Of a stretch of 64,000 nt of DNA, positions 27,584-41,671 are shown piece after piece. The notes beneath the pieces were generated by a model. The model was given only the letters and a program-made list of their open reading frames with translations. It did not search any database and was not told where the DNA came from. The position numbers and the translations under genes were made by a program. Position 1 is the first letter of the stretch. Every line of letters begins with the position of its first letter. Source of the stretch: Nemertoderma westbladi (lineage: Eukaryota; Animalia; Xenacoelomorpha); the NCBI GenBank assembly GCA_032718475.1, contig JAUCBJ010007707.1:5051-69050 (forward strand), written 5' to 3'.

Positions 27584-29670
27584 TTATGTTGGGGAGTCCA
27601 TAGATGTTTGTTGGATTAGGGAGGTGGTCGTGGGAAGAGTATCTTGCCTTCCATAGTTTCCGGATAGTTCTCTGTCTCTTTCCAGTAAACATAAACGACC
27701 AACTGGGCGATTGAGTTGTTGTGTTTTGAATACAATTCCAGGTTTCTTAAAGTTACGTCGCATGACGACGAGTTCTACCGATCGCACTAAACCATTATCG
27801 GATATATGAGTCTCAATGATACGACCTGTCTGCCACCGCTTTAGTGGAAGATCTGATTCCACAATAAGGACCATGTCTCCGGCGCTGACGTTTTCTTGCT
27901 GCGCAAACCACTTTGTTCGAAGTTGTAGCGTAGGGAGATAATGTTTTTCAAAATGGTCAGCGAAACGACGGGATAATAACTGCATAAGTTACCAAGTTTG
28001 TCGGCAGTATTCATCTCCGTCCGTGATTTCCGATTGCGAGAGCATGGCTACAGGTTTCTTTCGTAGGAAATGCGCGGGTGTTAGCGCTTCTAGGGAGTCG
28101 GGACTCGATGAGACTGGCATAAGCGGTCTCTCGTTAAGATAGGCGGCGATTTCTTCCATTAACGTCCGCAAAAGTTCGTCGGTGAAATACGTGCAGCAAG
28201 GCACTATAAAGTGAAATGCGGTCTTCACGCTCCGTATTAATCTCTCCCAACTTCCTCCCCACCAAGGGGTGTCGGCGGCGTTGAAGGTCCAGCTAGATGC
28301 TGTTACCCTTAGCTGATCGTCCACCTGTCTTTGGTTCCAACCTTTCACGTAAGCTTTGATCTCATTATTGGCGCCAATGAAGTTCGTTCCCTTGTCGGAT
28401 CTCATCGTGTTGCTAGGTCCAAAACGAGCGATCTGTCGGCGTAAACTCAGTATGAAGCTGTTGGTAGATAGATCGTTCACCATATCTAGATGGATCGCTC
28501 TACAAGTCATACAGACAAAGATGACACACCATCGCTTGACTATAGTCCTAGCACGATATACCTCAATAGGGCCAAATAAATCCACACCAGTATTAGTAAA
28601 GGGTGGTTCATAGAAGCTTACTCGTTCCCTAGGTAATTCTGCCTCTCGCTGTGTTAAAGGCCTACTGAATGCTTTCCTACAGGGTATACAGTTCCTAAGA
28701 ACTTGGTTCAGAGCTCTACGGGGCTTATGGAAATAATAGCGAGTTCGAATTTCGCTAAGAACTCGTTCTCTACCAGCATGGTAAAGCCTACTGTGAACAT
28801 CTACAATCATCTTGATTTGTATTTCAAGATTTCTAATGATTATGGGAAACTTAGTGTCAAAGGATAATGGAGCATTAGTTAATCTCCCTCCGACACGTAT
28901 TAACCCATCTATCATTGTGCTAGAGAAACGATCCCTTAAGCGCATCTGTGGATTTCTCAACAACAGGAAATACTTATCGGAATCTTCATAGCATTGCAGG
29001 AGTCTCAGTATCTGCTTATTGGTTTCTTCATGCTCTTGGTAACTGATCTTCTCCGTCAGAAACCTATCCGACACTTTGTAAGTGGGCAGATCTTTAATAG
29101 CATGGACCTTTTCGGATATTGTTGGAGCGGTATCATTAGCGATCTTCGTCCTGGAATAGTGATGATGGAAACATCTTTTCAGATACACGACGGCCTTACA
29201 AAGCCAATTCCAGGAGCTATAATGATGTATTGCTCTCTGCAGGAGCGGTGAGAGTCCTTGAGCGATGTCTGGTGTTCCAGATTTCCAGTCTCTTTCTCTG
29301 ATTTCTACAACAGATTTGTTCATGGTAGGGGAGTTTAGATCCACAGCGTCATCTCCGGAGATGTTTAGTACAGACAGATCTATCACGGGTTTAAATAACT
29401 TTGATTTACTCGTCCGGGTTTTAGGTTTGACTTTCTCCGCTCCCTTGGCTTGTCTAATCTCAGCCGTGGTAAGATGAGGAGGCCATTCATCCTCTTCTTT
29501 ACTCAGGAAGTTGGGTCCACCTAACCAGTCTGGAGTATCTATCAGTTCTTGAGGAGTTGCTCCTCTAGAGGCGATGTCGGCTGGATTAATCGTCCCAGGG
29601 CAATGTCTCCATTGATCTACATTAGAGCGACTAAGTATAATGGCTACTCTGTTGGTAACGAAGACGCGGT
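27584..29670 (-). pseudogene. Pao pol 3' part: RNase H tail plus integrase, interrupted by one stop at 27989-27991
   Basis: FVTNRVAII..WRHCPGTINPADIASRG (RNase H end), HSRLYHAG..CIPC (HHCC), GVDLFGP, SDKGTNF, WGGSWERLIRSVK (DDE), LTPAHFL, YLPTLQLRTKW. Confidence 0.92.
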
Positions 29671-29848
29671 AGTTGCGCGATTCGTTTTTCCACTAAAGGT
29701 CGGTTATTTATAAAGTTGGGTTCTCGCCGTCTGAACGGAATACCAATCTCATAGTGACCTTCGTCTTTCAGATAACGAGTTGTCGTTTCCTGAATCTGCT
29801 TGGCTCTCTCTTCCTCGACGGACAAAGCTTTGTCGTAGGAATTAGGCT

Positions 29849-32800
29849 CTATGGCTTCTTGAGTAAAGAATCGTACGGCATGTTATCACGGATTTTATTG
29901 TTGTATCGATCTATCACTTCGTTTAATTCGTCATTATATGTGAATTGTCCGCCATATTGATCGATGAGATGGTACAAGTTTACTTGGTTTATCCAAGTTT
30001 GATTCTCGGTGAGGAGGTCGATTGTATTTTCCTCATCATATAATTGGTTAATATCGTCATTATCTGAGGAGTATGGTGTTCCCTCAGTTGTGGTTTCTCC
30101 CTCACTGATTTCTTCTTCCCATTCACTCACCTGATGTATCCTCTCATTAGGGAGTCTTTCCATTAGGGTTCTACGGGAAGGTCTAGTGAAGTACCAACCT
30201 ACTCTCATTCTTCCCGCGTAAGTTTGTAATGGTTGCGGTCGAGCAGGCCGTTTTTCTAATGTCTCCAGCGCTTCGTGCGCATTTTGGCCGATTAATATCT
30301 GCACCCCTGGGTAATCGGTGTTGAATCTAGGGATATCATGTTGCTGGGTAAAATGGTCTTCATCCCAGTTGTAAGGCTCCACTTGGCTAGTAGCAAAGGT
30401 CTTTATAGCCACCATTTTTACCGACCTTACGCTATGTTCTCCTAGTTCATCCTGGGGAGTGGACAACGCACCCACGTAGTAATCTGTAGCTACTGTGGAT
30501 TTCCAAACCTGCATAATTCCTGAAAGGTTCAACTTAGTTCGGAACTTAGGTTGTCCAGCAAAGATGTCTTCGGCTAGTTCTTTGTCAATGAAAGTACCTG
30601 TGCTGCCGGAGTCAAGAAGGGCGTTTACTATGAGGCTCTTCCCTACACCGTGGACTCTCAGTTGCACCACAGGGAATTCCCGGATTCCGACGGAGGAAGT
30701 TGGCGCTTTCCAAGATGGTTGTCGGTCCGGAATAGTCAGTCGAGGATCTTCATTGTCGGTTTCAGTCTCATACGTAAGTGCTCGATACACCGCGGTGTTT
30801 ATCATGTAACAGGATTCATTTTCGTCGGAGAATTCGTCTGTGTAGAATCCTTTCATCTTAGAGCTGTGGTCAGTGTTGTTCACATCACTGAATTGGACAT
30901 GTAGTTCGGGCTCACTTACCTGACTCGTGCAGGTTCTGTCAAATTCTGTGTGCAGCAAGATATGATGTTTCGCGCCACACTTAGCAGACCTAGCATCTGA
31001 GTAACAGGTCCGCCGTTGGTGTCCTCGTCTGAGACAATTATAACACAACCGCTTATCCCACATGACATCACGTCTATCCTTTAGGGATTTCTTCAAGAAT
31101 TCATCACACCCACTCAAGCGATGTGGCCTGTCACACAATGCACATTTGGGTTTGATGATACTTACATTAACCTGTGTTGTGTTGTGCACACTTGTTCTTT
31201 CCTCGGGCTTTCTTCCATGAATTCTCTTAGGAGACGTAGGAGGAGTTGTTACCTGTTCTATCCTGTCACTGGTTCGAGACTTAGATTTACTTACGTCTTT
31301 CCGAGTTTTATTGACATAATAAGATCTTTCGGTGTCTTTCCCGCTGTTCTCCTCGTATGAGGTTTGGCTTTCGCCGTCGTCTGTATAACACACTGGTGTT
31401 ACCTTTCTCCTAGAAACAGGTTTTTCACTCACCTGACTTTCCGGTGTCTTCTCTCTGGACTGCTTTAGGAGCTGTAATCTTACCTCTCCATTTAAAAATG
31501 ACATGAGGTCAGCCATGGTAGGGTCCCTTTGTTGCTGGTCGATCATATAAAGAACCTTTTTGTCCCAACGAGTGCCTACTCCACCCTTTGGCAAAGTAGA
31601 TGCTACGGCTCCAACAACCATAGAACTCTGATATTCTTGAGACTTACCTAGCCAATCCAGCTGTCTACAGATCTCCTGAATCTCATCGGAAAACTCTATA
31701 ATCCTGCTGCTAAGAAACTTTCGGGGCGCTACTAATTTCGCATACAAATACCTAGCTATGTTAGTCCTATTACCATACCTGATGTTTAGTGTATCCCAAA
31801 CTTGTCTTAATCCATCTGGATGTCCAATAAACTTTAACGCCATTAACTTGGGAGGTCCTTCCAGGCACTCGATGAGGAATCTAAGTTTCTCTCCGTTGGA
31901 TAGTACAGAGTTCTGTATGTTATCTTTATAATATTCATTAAAAGGTAACCATTTCATCTCATCTCCATTGAACTTGACGACCTCTCCCACCTTTACCGCT
32001 TGACGGGCTTCAGTTCTAGCCATTTGACGTGTAAAACTTTCTTGAGCCATCGTATTATTTAATATCGAGTTATCGGTATATAGATTTCTCGGATTATGAT
32101 CAGATCTGTATCTGGGATATCATTATCAAAGGGTTTATAATTACCCTTAATAGGGTTTACTATAGGAGTTTCTACTTCACTAGCAGTATAGATGTGTGTA
32201 GGCTCCACAGCTTGCGCATGAAATACTTCAGACCTAACAGGTTGACACATTGTTACAGGGGGTGGTGGTATACCCATTTGTATATTTACTAATTTATCGC
32301 GCTCTAAAGCGATACTTTGTTGCACTTCTTGTAACTCTAACCTACTCTCTCTCACTGTTCCCTTTAACTGCTGAACAGTCCCTTCCAACTCTCGAACCTG
32401 CTGGGTAGAAAGGCGTTTATGTTCTTCTAGCTGCCCAAGCAGGCGATTCATCCCCCGCTGTCCCTCGTCCACCCACTCAACCGCTGCGGCGGGAGCCGCC
32501 AACGTGGTAGCTGGGTGACACGTGGGGACAACGGGAGACAAGTCATTTATGTCTTGCTCGGCGTCCAGGAACGGGAGTGATTCAGGGGCTAGTCTACTGG
32601 GCACAGGTATTTTAGTGCTTTGGAAAGGGAATTTAGAGTTAGGTTCTGGAAGTACAGGTGTCTCTATCACAGAGGGAGTGGCTTCGAGGACAGGCCTAAT
32701 TATTTCAGGCTCATCTACTATAGTAGGGAGTCTTCTACTCTAATAATTTGGTCTGTAGGCTCAGGATTACTTAAATCTACACTAGCTAGTTGCATTCTCA

Positions 32801-34360
32801 CAGCTGGAGGCAAAATAGGCAATTTCTGACGGTGTGGCGTTCTTCTACGTCCTCTAGAACGAGATATATTTCCTCTACCTTCAGGATCTGTTGTATCGCC
32901 TTCATCAGAGGATGTAAATCCCTGTCTCATGGGAGTAGATCGACTTAGCAGCTGCATCTGAGTAGCTGTTCTCTGTTTATTTAAGTAATCTTGCTTCGCT
33001 TGAAGATTTTCCAACTCTAGTTGGGTTGTCTCTTCAGATGCTCGTCTTTCTGCTTCAGCCACTGCTGCTTTTCTTTCAGATTCTGCCGCTGCCGCTGCCG
33101 CTTTCCTTTCAGATTCTGCCGCTGCCGCGGTGCCGCTTTTCTTTCAACCTCTGCCACTTTCCTTTCAGATTCTGCCGCGACCGCTGCCACTTTTCTTTCA
33201 GCCTCTGCCGCTTTCCTTTCAGATTCTGCCACGACCGCTGCCGCTTTCCTTTCAGATTCTGCCGCGGTCGCTGACCTTCGGTCTTCTATTTGCTTTTTCT
33301 TTAGCTGCTCTTCTTGGTCCATAGCGATGAGGATGCTTTCACCAAATTTAGCCTGTTCTGCGGCTAATATTTCTGCATCTAACGAGTCCAACACAAATTT
33401 GGCTCCCTCACTATTAGGGTGAAGTCCAGCTAGCCGTCTCCTTAACTCTTTGTCACCTATAAATTGTTGATAGTCCAACAGATAGATGTCAATAGCATCC
33501 TTCTTCTGAGGTTTCTCGGATGTAAATTCGCCTTCCACCTGAGAAAAGGTAGCGTCTGTTGATTCTCCATGGGTCATGCGCTCGGTTAGCTGAGCTTTCC
33601 ATTGTGTCGTTCCCTGGACTTTAAGAATCACCCGTTGGAACCAAGTTTTTACGGTCACTTGTAACGACGTGTCTTGGCTCCTCTTCGAGGCTTCCTCAAA
33701 GGCCGAAAGGATTAGTCTGATCCGTAAAATTCGTTCTCGCACTTGATAAAGCAGCTCTCCCTGCTCTTGAGGTCCTTGACGTTGTTGAAATAGGTGTTCT
33801 TCTAATCGCTCCAAAGAACTGAAGAATCCCTGGACATATCCTGCTGCCGACCTCTTCCACACAGCTGGATCTCGAGTGTCCCTTACTACTCCCATCCTGT
33901 ATAAGTCCTCCCAGGCAGCTTCCGATAAGTTAAACGGGAGACCGGGTCCGGGGAAGTTCCATTGCGCCTCGACAATAGACCTTAATTCCTCCATCGTGTA
34001 TCCCGCATAACTGTCCCTGGTCGATCGCTTACTTCTCACCCAATCTATTTGATGTTCTTCCACAGCAATCAATACTCTAGTGAGTAAGGCTCCAGGAAGA
34101 ATTAGAAGTGGATCTGGATAAACCGCTTCTGCCATCCTTGCTCCGATCTCGGGCGTCAACTCTACAGTATCTGAACTACTAGAGTTATCGTGCTGTTGAG
34201 AAATAAGTTCTCGGCTCGGGTGCTGCTGCTGTTTAACAGCTGCCTCTTGGTTCCGCTTAACTTGAGCCCTAGTGCCTATGATAGACCTATGGTGCTTTAC
34301 TAGCCTAGGGTGTGATACTACTACTGTAGGGATTACCTTTCTTACAGTAGGAGGGGACTT
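29849..34360 (-). pseudogene. Pao gag-protease of copy B, broken by frameshifts and stops into four ORFs
   Basis: ORFs 33017-34420, 32718-33062, 32059-32670 and 29849-32050 are collinear with the single ORF 47224-51369. Motifs include KFNGD..KW..F, three Cys/His knuckles and ALLDSGS. Confidence 0.92.
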
Positions 34361-35397
34361 GGTTTGAAAACAATAAAGCAGTAGTAAGTAAGTTGCATTG
34401 TCCAGATAAGAAAATACCACCGTCTGACGACTTATAGTCTTAGCTCTATAAGTACTACGTTATGTACCCGGAGTATCCTTACCTAGAGGTTAATTACCGA
34501 AGCCAACCAGAGTTAACGTGCCTATTAACCACGTTACAACACAAATATACTGCCTACACACTAAATTACTTTCGGAAAGCACTGTACTCTAAACCCTAAA
34601 TTAGGTACAAGTACTTATACAACAAATAACCAGCAGTTAAATATACTTGAACAGCCAAAAGAACCACGGTATCTGCTGGAGTGACCGGAGCACAAAATCA
34701 CCAGTCTGTACCTACACCAAGCAGCCATGATGTAGTACCGAGGTTAATTTAACTATTACGGTATGTATAACAAGCACAATTACTGTAGGAATAAACTTGG
34801 GGAATTGGAGGTTGCGAATACTCGCATAGACTCTGAATAATAAATATTACGCTACCCGTGCAGACTATTCAAATAAAATACAGACCAAATGCTGGCAGAC
34901 TACTGTCAAGCCTAAATAAACTACAGTATATGCAGACTCCGAAATGGTTAGTTAGTAGGCGTTCTAACTGAGTAGTACAACTTATTCTTTCGGGGGGGAT
35001 TTACCTTACAGCACTGGATGCCCCCACCTTCCTAACTAGCACTTTATCGGACAGACACTCTACACACACTGCAATCCCTTCAGACCTAACAACAGTTAGA
35101 CAACAATTCGGCCTACAAATTATTTGTACAATCTGAGCAGGCTTACACGCCTTCTGCTCAATATTACACTTACAGATAAATAAAACTGACAGATATAAGT
35201 AAAATCCCAATAAAAAACCAGGGCTGCAGTCCCCGATTAAATATCAAGACCTACTGGTATATAATTATCACAATCGAAATAATACTGCTGTACTTGCCTG
35301 TAAGTACCGGTTCGGGTGGTTAGGCAGTTAGGCCTACAACTTACCGTCCGACCGGTACATTCGACTTTATTGCCTACGGTGCAATAAAGAAACTAGT

Positions 35398-35550
35398 AAA
35401 ATCTATTATTGTTCTTACCAGAACAATAGACAAAATATTTATTGCCTACTGTGCAATCAAGAGTGTAAATCTAATATTGTTCTTACCAGAACAATAGGCA
35501 AAATATTTATTGCCTACTGTGCAATCAAGAGTGTAAATCTATTATTGTTC
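35398..35550 (-). repeat. ~67-bp tandem duplication of the LTR-end/PBS-position/hairpin module
   Basis: Sense gaaca-at(a/t)(a/t)tagattt occurs three times, separated by ...ttgcacagtaggcaataaatattttg(c/t)ctattgttctggtaa. Confidence 0.85.
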
Positions 35551-36717
35551 GCACGTTTAGACCTTTAGCAGTTTAACCTGCCAATTTTAGTTGTCCTCTT
35601 GTTTATAAATCGACTTTAGCCTATATCGATTATTTAGTGCACTGAAGTTACATCAGCCGAAGCCATAGTCTGTGCGCGATCATTCACCCACAGTTAAGGG
35701 AGACTGGATTCGGGAGTTTTGAGAGTTATTGCAATGTAGACCTACTGTATTATTCGATTGATCGTTACTATATAATCTCTGACAATATATTTACTTTCGG
35801 GGAAATATTAACAGTTCCTTTTGGACGTGGTGCTTTAAGTATAAAACAGAGTTATGACTTATACTAATCACAACTAGATGGCCACAGAGTTTCGTAAATA
35901 GCGCATTCTTTAGGAGATGCTTTATTATCCTTCACACTACTTCACACGACTTCACACTACTTCACACTACTGCGCACTAATCTGCCGACCGTCACTGAAT
36001 TTGATCATATATAAGGAAGATCGCAACTGACACTTGTAGGGATTATGAAATAGCATTTAATACACACAAAAACCACTATAATTTAAGTCGCAGTTGCTAC
36101 CGGTAACCTGTTCCTCTTACCTTCAGTAATCAAGAAGATTGGGGGTTTTATGATTATTTATCGGTATTCTCCAAATATATCAGCAATATACATAAATATA
36201 ACAACAATTAATAACAGACCGTAAACAGAAGTAAAATAATGTGGTGAACAGTCAGTATGTGTTACGTAATGCATTGGGTTCAGTAATGAGATAGGTGTCG
36301 GGTAATGTTATGAGATAATAGATTTACATTCTTGTAATCAAAGCCATCTGATGTTTAGGCCAAAGTCTGAAACTTCCACACAGAACTACAGAAGAATTCC
36401 AAGCCGGTTCCGAGGCTCAGAAAGGTAAACAAAAGACCGTAATGCATTGCGCGGGTTTCCATAGGCCTCTGTAAGACATAAAGTGAAAATCGCTCTGATT
36501 GGCTGAGCAGAACAAAGAAGTTCCACGTCCACAAAGAATCAGCTGAGAGATTTCGTCATCTGGGCTCGGATTCCTCCCTTTCACGTAGTTGGATAGATTC
36601 AGGGCTATTTAAGAGTATTCTGCGCATTGCGGCAAAAATGACTTGTTATGTCCTCAAAAGCACCTACACTGCGCATTGCGGGAAAAATGACTTGTTATGT
36701 CCGCAAAAGCTTTTACA
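35546..36717 (-). repeat. 5' LTR of copy B (1172 bp)
   Basis: TG..CA termini, adjacent TSD, direct repeat of 21413-23189. Confidence 0.93.
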
Positions 36718-37801
36718 GCACAGCACGAACACACCCAGACACCCCATCACTCATTCACAGCAGCACAGTCTGACAGTCGCACACACATGGAAATCCGTCT
36801 GGCAGTCTGGTTAATGATTGTTGTTCACTAATGGTGAGCCAATCGCAGTGTCTCGCCCCAGCCCCCTCGCCCCAGCACCACATAATACAATAGTAGCAAA
36901 ATTGTCTGATCACTGGGAGTCTGCAGTCTGGCTGTACAGGATCGTGAGTTTTTCATCGATTTATTCGCCCTCTGTCTGCCAGTCTGCTGATGTGTTTCTT
37001 TTTATGTACAAAAAATTTCTTCTCGCTAGGCTCGAGGTTTTTTTTTTACTAGAATTGATGAAATTAAGGCCTAATCAATCGCCATACTGGCTTAAATAAG
37101 AATAACTACTGGCAAAAATTATACAGTAGGCCTAGTAATGCAGTAATGACTGAATGAGCATACAGTACAGGCAAAGGATGTGGGCAGGTCCATGTGGGAG
37201 AGCAACAGGCTGACAGGCATGGACACCTTACTGCCTTATAGTTATATCGGGCATTCGGGCTCTACAGTCCAGTCTGCAGTCAGAGTCAGACGACAGGACG
37301 AGGGGAAGGAGCCTTATCTGTAAGTATTAGACCTACAGACCGCAAACTAAAATATTTGTAAAATATACACCAAACCCAGTAAATAATATGAAGTAAAGGG
37401 GTTCAAACAATTTTAGATTATAAAATTCAAGAATACACACGCGTTAGGAATTATTTACACCTCGAAATATATAAAATATTTTTTGTCCATGCGCGCCGCA
37501 GTTCGCCCGCTAGTTAGACATTTAGCTAGCAACCCCACCCCATATAAATCACACCGCGGCAAAGTGTAGGAGCGCCTTTTGGTCTGTCAGCCAGTCAGTA
37601 CGATTGTTAGGATTCGCTGCGCGGGATTTTGTATCATCGAAGTTTGTCCGTTCGTAGACTGTTTTCTGCCTCACCGGTTAAAGAGTCCGATACTGCAGTA
37701 GATTTGTTTGCTTAGAGTTTACTGTTTTGGTAAGAAGGTTGGATTTGCCGTAAAACGGAATATGCTTTTGATTTATTGTCTTCTACAGTAGGAATATTGT
37801 A

Positions 37802-38937
37802 CAGTCTTGTTCACAATTAAAATCCATTCTTCAATCTGCATCAATCCGAATCAATCTACTCTCGTAGAAAAATAATAGTTAGATTGATGAAATTGAACCT
37901 ACGTTCAACTTCTTCAATCCAGACTTTCTGTCTAGATTGATCAGATTTAACAGATTGAAAATGTAGAGCCGAAGTATCCCTCTGTGCAGAGATGCCATGG
38001 GTTAGTAGGGCAGTGTAGGGCAGGGGAAGGGGAATAAAGAGCAGGGCGGCTAGGCGGGTAGACTAAGCTCAAAGAGCATGGCAGCTGCATCAAACAACTA
38101 TAGGCCAGGCTACTAATGGGATCCCGCAAAGCCTTAGATTGATTGACAGGCACTGTAACAATACAGTTGGTGTGTGTGTGGTGTTCTACTGAATTGCAGA
38201 GTGTACTGTAGAATACTGTAGTTAAATTCCTCCTTTCCAGTTGCAGTCTATACAATGTACTGTAGATTATTTTACTTGGCTAACCGCACTATTCCCTGCA
38301 TTAAATATTACAATAAACGAATAAACCCCTGGAAAAATGCTTGGTAGAATGTATCGTTCTGTATAAATAATTTTTCAATAAATAATTGTTTATAATTAAA
38401 TATAGTTATGTTAATTATTATTCAATTATTTAATTTAAATATACAAATAAAAGCATGCAAATAACACAACAAGGAATGAATAAATATAATCATTAGATCA
38501 TTATAATGCAATCTCTTATATACAATATTTAATGTGCTGCATGTCCCTTAGATAGTTTATGTTTAGAAAAACCGTTCGTTATCGCTTTAGCCGCTTTAGA
38601 TATTTTAAACGTTTTTATTTTTAAATAGTACATTTATTTGCTATACCATGTTAAATGTAATCAGTTAGTAAACATTTAATTTGTAATATACTGTAAATAA
38701 TGCTTACTAAAATACATTTACTTTATTGGCTTGCAAGTGCCCCATAATTTATCTGATCCCTGCATTAATCTACTCATTCAAATCAACAAACAGCTTTACT
38801 TTGTGGAGCCAACCACGACCGTCTGTCAATCACTCAGTAGGCTAGAAACTTGCGGTGCCATGAAAGAGTTTTACAGATTGAGGAAATTGAACAGATTGAA
38901 CAGATTGAAGAATGGACTTTAATTGAGAACACAACTG
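37802..38937. mobile_element. TA-flanked non-autonomous DNA transposon (Tc1/mariner-pogo-like MITE)
   Basis: ~37-bp imperfect TIRs (cagtcttgttcacaattaaaatccattcttcaatctg / cagattgaagaatggactttaattgagaacacaactg), TA on both sides, and internal cagattgaa sub-repeats. Confidence 0.75.
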
Positions 38938-40107
38938 TAGGACTCCCAAATAGTAGGAATGTACCCTACTGCAGTCCCTCCGGAGTGTAATAGGGATAGT
39001 CAGTGCACTTACTCACCAATTTTCAGACCAAAATACTCAAAATTGTAGGAGGAGATACATTTTAAGAACGGACCAATCAAAATTTCGTTTAATTGGCTAT
39101 TAGCCAATCAGAAGCGAGTATTTTAGATGTGTGACCACAGAAATGGAAAGCCCGTCCAATTACCTTTCAGAATATATATATATGTCGTAGTATCCAATGA
39201 TATACTATGGTGTATTTGAAACATTACCAAAATGTTGCCAAATCCGACTACCCCCCCCCCCCCCCCCCCCCCTTAAAAAAACCAGACCTACAAGGGGACC
39301 CTCATGGAAACGAGGTTATACCTCATGAGGCTATCCTCTACACCAAGTAACTTGACAAATTTTTATACTTGTAAATATCACGTACCTAATGTTTTTACTT
39401 CATATATCGCCTACTGTAAATATCTAATCGGATCAATTGTGCATATCTTTACTTATTGTGCCTTGTGATGTATGCGATCGTTGCTACTGTACCTATGTGA
39501 TCTTCTTAACGTATTATTGTATTTTACTCCAGTATCACTTATATTTTAATGAGTCTTTGGTGTAAATAAAAAACTTCAACTTCATTGGAAGAAGCCGTTG
39601 AATCTGTGAATATAACGCTGGCCCTGCACGCTTTCAGCTTTCTAAAAGAATCAATCAGTGTCTGATGCCGGCTGGTGGAACCTATCTAATTGATACTGTG
39701 TAGGAGGTAGATTGCAGATTATAAATTTACAATAGATCGGACCAGAAAGTACTTATTCTTATCGTAATTTTCCTCGACGTTGACATGACATATTTGGTCG
39801 TGTAACTCAGAATTTGAGGAAGTCGACATTACTATAGTCGACAATTAACGCTTACCTTAAGGCACAATCCGAATTGAGTATGCAAGTGAAGGAGGGTCTT
39901 ATTGAATTTATTGTGTATAATTAATTAATTATTCTGTTATTAAATAATTTAAATTTGATTGTTCGTGCTTTAATATTGTATTGCCTTTGATTGTTACATT
40001 ATAACGGTTGTTTTTATATTATGTTTAATAGTAATATATTGCTAGGAATTCGGAGAAAGCAGTACGGTAGTTAGTATTGGCAGGTCGATCTCACAAACCA
40101 GTAAAAT

Positions 40108-40415
40108 GTTTAATAGACTCAGAATCGAAGCCATCGTTTAGGTTTAATAGTTTCCGCCGTCATCGTCCCGTGTTTAATAGACTCCGTCCAGCCGTCGCAT
40201 CGTCCCGGGTTTAATAGACTCCGTCCAGCCGTCGCATCGTCCCGGGTTTAATAGACTCCACTGTGATCTTCCCGGGTTTAATAAACTCAGTCGCCATCGT
40301 TCCGGGTTTAATAGGCTCACCCAGCCCGCCGTCACCGTCCCGGGTTTAATAGACTCCGCCGCCATCGTCCCGGGTCGCGATCGATACAGGGTTTCCATTT
40401 AATAGACTCCGTCGC
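40108..40415. repeat. Degenerate ~31-39-bp minisatellite (~9 units)
   Basis: Recurrent gtttaatagactccg...catcgtcccgg. Confidence 0.85.
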
Positions 40416-41671
40416 CCTCTTTCTGATCCGGGAGTCCGGATCGGCTGATCGGCTGATCGGCATCGTTCTGCTGTTCAGTGTTTTTAACAAACGCCAGAAA
40501 TCTGGCACTACTATTTCTGTATTTATTTATTTAAATTTATTATAAGCAATATTTATTTATTTACCGGTAGCCTAGATTTCAATTTAATGAATTACAATTC
40601 ATTAAATTATGAACACCGGTACTTCTTTACCGTGTGTACTCTGGCTTCCGGTACTGTCATTCATTGCTGCATTGAATACAACTACCGGTACGCAAAATAC
40701 TGCAATCTATAAACACTATAAACCCAGATACCTGCTACTGGTAGGCCTACTGGTAAAAGGAGTACAGCAGTGTTTTATGTGAAGCAAGTAATCTTAATTT
40801 AGCGACATCTTATACTGTTATAAGCAACTAAATTTATAATGTATGAAAAGACCAATTGAAATTCAATATTAATTTTCACCTGTCTGCATGGATGGTTGTT
40901 TTTAGGTTGTCTTTCATTTGGCGGTCCAGTTCGCCACTCTTTCGATCCAGTTCGGTCCAGATTCGTGTACCGGTACAGTATTATCCCATTTAATAAATGT
41001 CAGTCAATAACATTTTACCACTGCAGAAGGCTTATACCCATACCTGTTTTTTCCTCATAAATATTAGGCTTATTATTTTTTGATGGGATTTCTTTGTAGT
41101 TGAATTGTCGAAGTTTTTACACTGAGCCATTAACAGAGGGTACTGGTATTAAATTAATTATTTGAATATCATTACTGCATCGACTGCATTTAGTACTGCG
41201 TTCTGCGTTGATTATATTCCTATAAACCATACGTGGCTTCGCATATTGAATGCATGGATAGTTATAAAGATTGTCAGTCTGCGTTTAGAAAATATATTAG
41301 ATAATAACGGATAGGCCTACTGGGATCGAGCTCGAACTCGAGATCATGAATTTAGACTGCCGCGTTATGTGAACACAATAATGGCGACCATAACAGCATT
41401 ACAATTTTAAGCAGTCCACATGGAAATAAAATGCACGACCTTTGTTTAATAGGGCAAAATAATTGTCGCCTCAACCAACATCTTCCGTATTGAGGATGTT
41501 GGTTGAGGCAAAATAATTGTCGCCTCAACCAACATCTTCCGTATTGAGGATGTAGGTTTCTCAATACATGCAGTACATTATCATTATTACCCAATAACAC
41601 ATTTCCCCATATGGCAGGGGGTAGTAAGCGTATAGTGTATATCCATTCTCTTGGCATAAACAATGTCTATC

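Larger units (their letters stand above)
21413..36717 (-). mobile_element. Bel/Pao LTR retrotransposon copy B (15.3 kb), non-autonomous and decayed (RT deleted)
   Basis: Paired TG...CA LTRs, 5-bp TSD GCACA (21408-21412 and 36718-36722), purine tract GGGAGCGG before the 3' LTR, and Pao-type gag, protease and integrase remnants. Confidence 0.95.
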
